From positions 1 to 51,920 of the IMG/VR virus record IMGVR_UViG_3300018080_000234: a stretch of 51,920 nucleotides of DNA; one strand, 5' to 3'. Every line of letters starts with the position of its first letter. The first letter of the stretch is position 1. A program made the translations under genes and the position numbers. This DNA comes from a virus (taxonomy: Duplodnaviria > Caudoviricetes). The notes below the pieces were generated by a model. It was given only the letters and a program-made list of their open reading frames with translations, was not told where the DNA came from and made no database searches. Below are positions 46,724-51,920 of the stretch, in pieces.

Positions 46724-47028
46724 CATACGTTTTCGACATAGATGATACCATTTTTTTCAGTTCGATAGACGGACATGGAGAATATCAAATTGACTCTGTG
46801 AATGAAGAATTGATCGAGAGAATCAATGCCCTATTCAATAGCGGGAATACTATTATTATTTTTACCGGAAGGCACTGGAGACATTTGGAGCTTACGAAAA
46901 AGCAGCTCATGAATTGCAATGTTAAATATGATGCATTGATCCTCGGGAAGCCTATTGCTGATGTTTACATTGATGACAGGGCAATGGCACCGAGAGATTT
47001 TTTAAAGGGGGTAAAAACAGATGGCTAA
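46720..47028 (+). CDS. HAD-family phosphatase
   Basis: FDIDDT, FTGR, LGKP.ADVYIDDRA. Confidence 0.8.
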   Translation: MTYVFDIDDTIFFSSIDGHGEYQIDSVNEELIERINALFNSGNTIIIFTGRHWRHLELTKKQLMNCNVKYDALILGKPIADVYIDDRAMAPRDFLKGVKTDG

Positions 47029-47644
47029 TAATCTGAACATCGATGTTGCCAATTTCGGGAACAATAAAGATTATATGTTTCTATATGATCCTGCGTTGTT
47101 TGTTGATTTCCATGATGGGAATGGATTGCTCGGGCTCGGGTATATGGAAGCCGAGAAAACCATCAGGATGATTGCCGAATATGCCGTTTTCAAGACGGGT
47201 ATCCCGCATTCTGAAATACGGCGAGATATTCTCGATCAAGAAATCAGCATCGAGGGAATATTAAAGCAGGTTCAGCCGGAAACAATTGCGTTGGTTTCCC
47301 AGAGGCGATTCGATGATACTGATGGGACATGGCGGCGCGTCATCTCCGGTTCGGAAGTTCCTTCGCCGGTATTTCCGTCATGTGTGCTTGTCGGGCAGAC
47401 GGTTGATGGAAACGAGTTAAGATTCTACGTCAGACGGCTGCAGATCACATCAGAGGATCTTGAGATTATTCTCGGTGGCGATGATTACTCAGGAATTCCG
47501 TTTAAAGGGACAGCGCAAAAAGACGAAACGCCATTAACGACGAATCCGACATGGCCGTATAATGCCGCGTATGCGAATCAAGACAATATCGCATTCTGGG
47601 CATGGCCGAAGACCGGAACGTCGAGTGGCGATCTTACGTTCTAA
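47021..47644 (+). CDS. Major tail (tube) protein
   Basis: Position before chaperone and tape measure; beta-rich 207 aa. Confidence 0.6.
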   Translation: MANNLNIDVANFGNNKDYMFLYDPALFVDFHDGNGLLGLGYMEAEKTIRMIAEYAVFKTGIPHSEIRRDILDQEISIEGILKQVQPETIALVSQRRFDDTDGTWRRVISGSEVPSPVFPSCVLVGQTVDGNELRFYVRRLQITSEDLEIILGGDDYSGIPFKGTAQKDETPLTTNPTWPYNAAYANQDNIAFWAWPKTGTSSGDLTF

Positions 47645-47653
47645 GGTTATGGG

Positions 47654-48304
47654 ATGTTTGAAAAAGGATCGTATAATCTCAAGGAGCTGTTGCACGAGAA
47701 CTTCACCGACTTTGACGTCGTTCGTGAAAAACCGATGGTGTTCAAGGTCGGTGAGGTTCATATCGTGATTGCTCCAGTCAAGGTGAAGGATTCCCCGTTA
47801 TTCCTGAAGCAGATGAGTAAGATAATACTTCAATATTACGAGATATTTGCGAATCTTGAGTTTTTGTCGTCTCACAATTACCGTGATGAAAATGTGGTCA
47901 AGGACTTAATAAGCAAAGTCACCATTTTCACAGCAGACAGGAAGTATAAGCAATTTATCAAGGATGCCATCAAGTTCATTTACCGGTGGGGATACACGGT
48001 CAAAGGCAAGAAGGACAAGATTGTCAGGATCAAGAATCGGGCGCGACGAATCCTGAACAATTTTCATGCAGATGAAATCATTCACATGCTGTTCGTGTTG
48101 TTTGTATACAACTATGATATCGAAAAAAAAAATTGTATCGAGTTCCTGAAGATGTTCAGTTTACAAGAACAGAACGAGAAATCCTCTCAGCGTGCGGGTG
48201 GTTTGAAGACGCAGAAAGAGCGGGTGGTTATGCCCAAGTTCTCGGAGAAACCGTACAGCAGAGAAGCCTTAGATATCTTCGCAAAACAGAGCAGAACGTT
48301 ATAA
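47654..48304 (+). CDS. Tail assembly chaperone (possible -1 frameshift extension to 48348)
   Basis: Between tail tube and tape measure; A10 run at 48123-48132. Confidence 0.55.
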   Translation: MFEKGSYNLKELLHENFTDFDVVREKPMVFKVGEVHIVIAPVKVKDSPLFLKQMSKIILQYYEIFANLEFLSSHNYRDENVVKDLISKVTIFTADRKYKQFIKDAIKFIYRWGYTVKGKKDKIVRIKNRARRILNNFHADEIIHMLFVLFVYNYDIEKKNCIEFLKMFSLQEQNEKSSQRAGGLKTQKERVVMPKFSEKPYSREALDIFAKQSRTL

Positions 48305-48347
48305 GGGAAAAGATGATTAAAAGGGACGCCAAAAGGAAAAGGCGATA

Positions 48348-50408
48348 ATGGCCAGGGGAAACGAAATATTATTAAAATTGCGTGCCGAGAATAGGGATCT
48401 CAAAGCGAAAATTTCTGAGTCTCAGGGCAAAATAAACGGCATGGAGAAGAGCACGAAAAAGTCCTTCGGAGGGATGCTGAAATCTTCTCTCGGTTTTCTC
48501 GCGGCCATCGGCAGCATCGTGTATGCTTTCAAGAAGATGATAACCTCTGCGTCGAATCTCGAAGAGCAGCAGGCGAAATTCAATACTGTTTTCGGCACAT
48601 CGGAAGAGGTTCTCAAGGCCGCAAACGAGGCGGTTCAGGAACTTACGGATTCGTATGCGATGTCTCGTCGTGAGGCAATGGAGTACCTGTCAACCATTCA
48701 GGATCTCCTCGTACCCCTGGGGATGAATGCGGTTGAGGCTGAAAAAATGTCCGAGGGCATTGTCAAGCTCTCCGCGGATCTCGCATCATTTAACAATGTC
48801 CCTGTTGAAGAGGCGATGGATAAAATCCTGTCCGGCCTTGTCGGTATGGGTAGGCCGATGCTCGAATGGGGCGTTCAGATCAACGAGACAACGCTGAAAC
48901 AGGAAGCTCTTACGATGGGGCTCTGGAATGGTGTCGGCGCTCTCGATGGTGCGACAAAAGCGCAAGCGGCTTACAGCATTATGATGAGGCAATCTGAGGC
49001 TGCCCAGGGGGACATGATCCGAACCGGGGATTCGTACGCGAATACATTTAAGAAGCTGAAAGCAGCGGTCGAGGATATGGCCGCGGATCTCGGAAAAGAC
49101 CTATTGCCGTCACTCAGAAATCTTTTCAATGAATTTATTATCACCGCAAAGGGAGGCGGCACTTTCAAAACTGCTCTCCAGGGACTCATTAAGGGTATTG
49201 CGGCAGTCGTAAGCGGTATCACTCTATTAGCTCAAACACTCGAATATATACGAACCAAATACGGAGATCATAATACCGAGGTTATTAAATCCGGGCAGGC
49301 TTACAATAGAGCGAGAATGCGCGCACAGGAATATGTGGTGATGCTGCAGCGATATACCGGATCACAGAGAAATTTTGTCAACGTCCTGAAGGAGCGGGCA
49401 AAATATGATAGAGAAGCTGCGACTTACTTGCAGAACTATAAAAAGATTCAGTCGGATCTCGCGCAAACGGGCGAAAAGAGGTTAAGTGTTGAGGGAAAAC
49501 TTAATGGCATTGTCCAGCGCATGAATAAAACGCTCAAAGACTTCAATGATATCGGGAAAAAGACAACTGAAGACGAAATTAAAAATGCTCAACAATTCGC
49601 CGATCTCCAGAGGAAAAAACAGGAGGAAATGGAGAAAACCAACGAGAAGAGAAAGGAAATAAATGCGGCATATTACGAATATATCGGAGAGCAGGAGGAG
49701 GCCGAGCTCGCTGCAGAGATAGAAAAACATGAGCGACTATTGGAAACGTACAATCTCAATAATGAGCAGATTGAAATGATTAATCAGGCTCATACTGACA
49801 GGATGAAGGAGATTGAAAACAAATACAACGTATGGCGGATGAAGACAGTTGAACTGTATCGGGATACCTATACGAACGCCATGTCGAGCATGGATACGGC
49901 CACAAAGCAGTTCGTTTTTGATTCTATATGGGGAAAGCAGGGGCTTAATGTCTGGTGGAAAAACGTCAAGCAAATATTGAAGGAATTTGTCGCCGATGTT
50001 GTGTGGGCTACGATCAAAGTGCTTGCGCTCAAGGCGGCGTTGTCGGCTCTTGGCGGGGGTGGGGCACCGTTCCTGCTTGAGCGCGGGTATGTGCCTCCGT
50101 TTTTTGAAAAGGGGCGTGTTCCTGTCCTTCAATCCGGTGATATACCTTCTGATCACTTTCCCGCATACATCGGGACCCGGGAGGCTGTTATTAATGCGGA
50201 GAGCACGCGGGCGAACGAGGACTTGCTCCGCGCAATGAATCAATTCCCCGGTGTATCTTTTACCGGTGGCGGAAATGAATCAACTGTAGTGCATACCAGC
50301 ATCATGCTTGACGGCAGAGAGGTTGCGAATGTTGTCGATGAGCATCGAAACGAAAAGGCGCGGAGAATGGGCGCCTCGAATTATGGACGCAATACGGTAT
50401 ACGGATAG
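48348..50408 (+). CDS. Tape measure protein
   Basis: 686 aa helical; ASNLEE...KFNTVFG, LSADLASFNN, AAQGDMIRTGDSYAN; C-terminal SIMLDGREVA. Confidence 0.9.
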   Translation: MARGNEILLKLRAENRDLKAKISESQGKINGMEKSTKKSFGGMLKSSLGFLAAIGSIVYAFKKMITSASNLEEQQAKFNTVFGTSEEVLKAANEAVQELTDSYAMSRREAMEYLSTIQDLLVPLGMNAVEAEKMSEGIVKLSADLASFNNVPVEEAMDKILSGLVGMGRPMLEWGVQINETTLKQEALTMGLWNGVGALDGATKAQAAYSIMMRQSEAAQGDMIRTGDSYANTFKKLKAAVEDMAADLGKDLLPSLRNLFNEFIITAKGGGTFKTALQGLIKGIAAVVSGITLLAQTLEYIRTKYGDHNTEVIKSGQAYNRARMRAQEYVVMLQRYTGSQRNFVNVLKERAKYDREAATYLQNYKKIQSDLAQTGEKRLSVEGKLNGIVQRMNKTLKDFNDIGKKTTEDEIKNAQQFADLQRKKQEEMEKTNEKRKEINAAYYEYIGEQEEAELAAEIEKHERLLETYNLNNEQIEMINQAHTDRMKEIENKYNVWRMKTVELYRDTYTNAMSSMDTATKQFVFDSIWGKQGLNVWWKNVKQILKEFVADVVWATIKVLALKAALSALGGGGAPFLLERGYVPPFFEKGRVPVLQSGDIPSDHFPAYIGTREAVINAESTRANEDLLRAMNQFPGVSFTGGGNESTVVHTSIMLDGREVANVVDEHRNEKARRMGASNYGRNTVYG

Positions 50409-50415
50409 ATATTAA

Positions 50416-51036
50416 ATGTATGTATATAAAATAACAAATAAAATAAATGGAAAATTTTATATTGGAATTAGATCGGAATCTATTAGGAAATCTAATTCTT
50501 ATTTTGGTGGTGGAAAGTTAATCAAGAATGCTATTAAAAAATATGGAAAGGAAAATTTTACTAAAGAAGTGTTACAAGAAGTTGACGACATTGAAGAACT
50601 GAAAAACGCAGAAGAGCGGTGGATATCTTTCTTTGGCTTTCCAACTAATGAATTGATGTATAATGTCACCGGAGGGCGTGAAGGGGCGAAGGGTTATAAA
50701 CATACAAAAAAGACAAAAGACAAAATGAGTAAAAATAGTTCTAAATATTGGAAAAATAAAAAATTTTCTGAAAAAACAAAAAACAAAATATCAAATGCAA
50801 TGAGAGGAAATAAAAATCATTTTTACGGAAAACACCATACAGAAGAAAGTAAGGAAAAAATATCAATAAATAAAACTGGAAAATATACCAAAGAAAAATG
50901 TTACCAATATCGTTCCGATATCAAAATTGGAAATATTTTAGAATTAAAAGCATTTGGATTTAATTGTAAAAGAATTGCACAAATAATGAATTGCCACCCA
51001 ACAACTGTTTATAACAGGATAAAGGAATCATGTTAA
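50416..51036 (+). CDS. Free-standing GIY-YIG homing endonuclease with NUMOD3 repeats
   Basis: MYVYKITNKINGKFYIG, AIKKYGKENF, HTEESKEKIS repeats; markedly AT-rich. Confidence 0.9.
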   Translation: MYVYKITNKINGKFYIGIRSESIRKSNSYFGGGKLIKNAIKKYGKENFTKEVLQEVDDIEELKNAEERWISFFGFPTNELMYNVTGGREGAKGYKHTKKTKDKMSKNSSKYWKNKKFSEKTKNKISNAMRGNKNHFYGKHHTEESKEKISINKTGKYTKEKCYQYRSDIKIGNILELKAFGFNCKRIAQIMNCHPTTVYNRIKESC

Positions 51037-51920
51037 CATATCATAACGACAATACGATTAAAATAAATCATTCTCCCCAAATTAATAAATTTGCTTTTCA
51101 GGTGAATGATGTCGGGGCTCATAGCTATATATCCATCGAGGAAAACGACGAGATAACATTCGACGATGACAATACTATTTTCGTGTCTGATACTATCGGG
51201 GACGATGGAGACGCCGGAACCGAAGCGGCACCGAAAAAGACGATTGCCGCAGCTATTACAGCCACAACGGTAACGAAAATATATGTGGTGGTGCTTGATT
51301 CCGCTCTGTATGACGAGGATCTCTCAGGATGCACCTATACTTATTTCTCTGGTATCTATGCAGATACCGGCGAGACTCCGCAGTTATCGCTACGGACTCT
51401 TGACTATGTGCCTGCCGACGCAAACACGATATTTGTTGCCAAAACTGGGGCGGATGCGAACGCCGGCACTCAGGCCGCGCCGAAGTTGACGCTGACAGGC
51501 GCAACCGGGGCAATCGCAACGTGCGACGCGGCCCACCAGAATGTCGTGATAATGGATAGCGGGGAGTACACCGAGGACTCGTTCGAATTTACCGGCAATT
51601 TTCAGGGGCTTCATGCGGCGCTTGGGCAAAAGCCGACATTGAAATTCACGCCAACTCATGCGGCGAGTGATTACGGGGATATTCAGGAAGCGGTAGCGGC
51701 TACTATATTCGAAGATGGTGATGCAAATTATAATTCTGTTGCCAAACTTCAGAATGGCAATTTCGTTTGTTGTTATCGGGATGTCGCCACTACCGATGGC
51801 AAATTTGTAATATATACCGAGGCGGGGGTACAGGTTGTCGCGCCGACAGAATTTGAAGCAGGTAGTTCTACATATTGTTCTGTCGCTGTTCTTAATAACG
51901 GCAATTGGGTCTGCTGTTAC
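51030..51920 (+). CDS. 5' part of tail/virion protein continuing into 1-1495 (not in the ORF track)
   Basis: ATG 51030 after aagga; open to the window end; two DUF1565-like motifs (IFVSDTIGDDGDAGTEAAPKKTI; IFVAKTGADANAGTQAAPKLTL), then the first 48-aa repeats. Confidence 0.8.
   Translation, partial: MLTYHNDNTIKINHSPQINKFAFQVNDVGAHSYISIEENDEITFDDDNTIFVSDTIGDDGDAGTEAAPKKTIAAAITATTVTKIYVVVLDSALYDEDLSGCTYTYFSGIYADTGETPQLSLRTLDYVPADANTIFVAKTGADANAGTQAAPKLTLTGATGAIATCDAAHQNVVIMDSGEYTEDSFEFTGNFQGLHAALGQKPTLKFTPTHAASDYGDIQEAVAATIFEDGDANYNSVAKLQNGNFVCCYRDVATTDGKFVIYTEAGVQVVAPTEFEAGSSTYCSVAVLNNGNWVCCY
51851..51920. repeat. Terminal direct repeat (copy of 1-70)
   Basis: Exact 70-nt identity with the window start. 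Confidence 0.95.

Noticed and set aside
34195-47028. Host capsule/LPS locus misassembled into the phage
   Set aside because: Genes overlap the flanking tail genes at both ends, share strand and tight coupling, and there are no flippase, polymerase or export genes.
1-51920. Host assignment
   Set aside because: Lipoprotein and spanin-like genes suggest a diderm host, but nothing in the window identifies a taxon without database searches.

Overview
The window is an apparently complete, circularly permuted ~51.85 kb temperate tailed phage genome: bases 1-70 are identical to 51851-51920, and one tail gene runs in frame across the junction. Almost all genes are on the + strand. Gene order is tail tip/fibre (51030-5006), lysis (4997-7849), an early cassette of small ORFs separated by structured repeats (8006-9788), a large serine integrase with an attP-like inverted repeat inside its 3' end, a cI/cro-type switch, recombination/replication genes with tRNA-Thr, small accessory ORFs with an MT-A70 methylase, then terminase, portal, head and neck genes. 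A ~12.8 kb nonulosonic-acid/sulfation/methylation enzyme island lies between the tail terminator and tail tube genes, followed by the tape measure and a GIY-YIG endonuclease. Top observations: (1) a stand-alone RAMP/Cas7-like gene (24602-25243) followed directly by a non-coding (GGC-NN)13 array with variable dinucleotides, a candidate minimal RNA-guided system; (2) the glycan-modification island inside the morphogenesis operon; (3) tRNA-minihelix-like repeats with compensatory changes between early genes; (4) an attP within the integrase whose use would swap an ssrA-like C-terminal tail. All protein assignments come from motif recognition by eye; no database searches were run.
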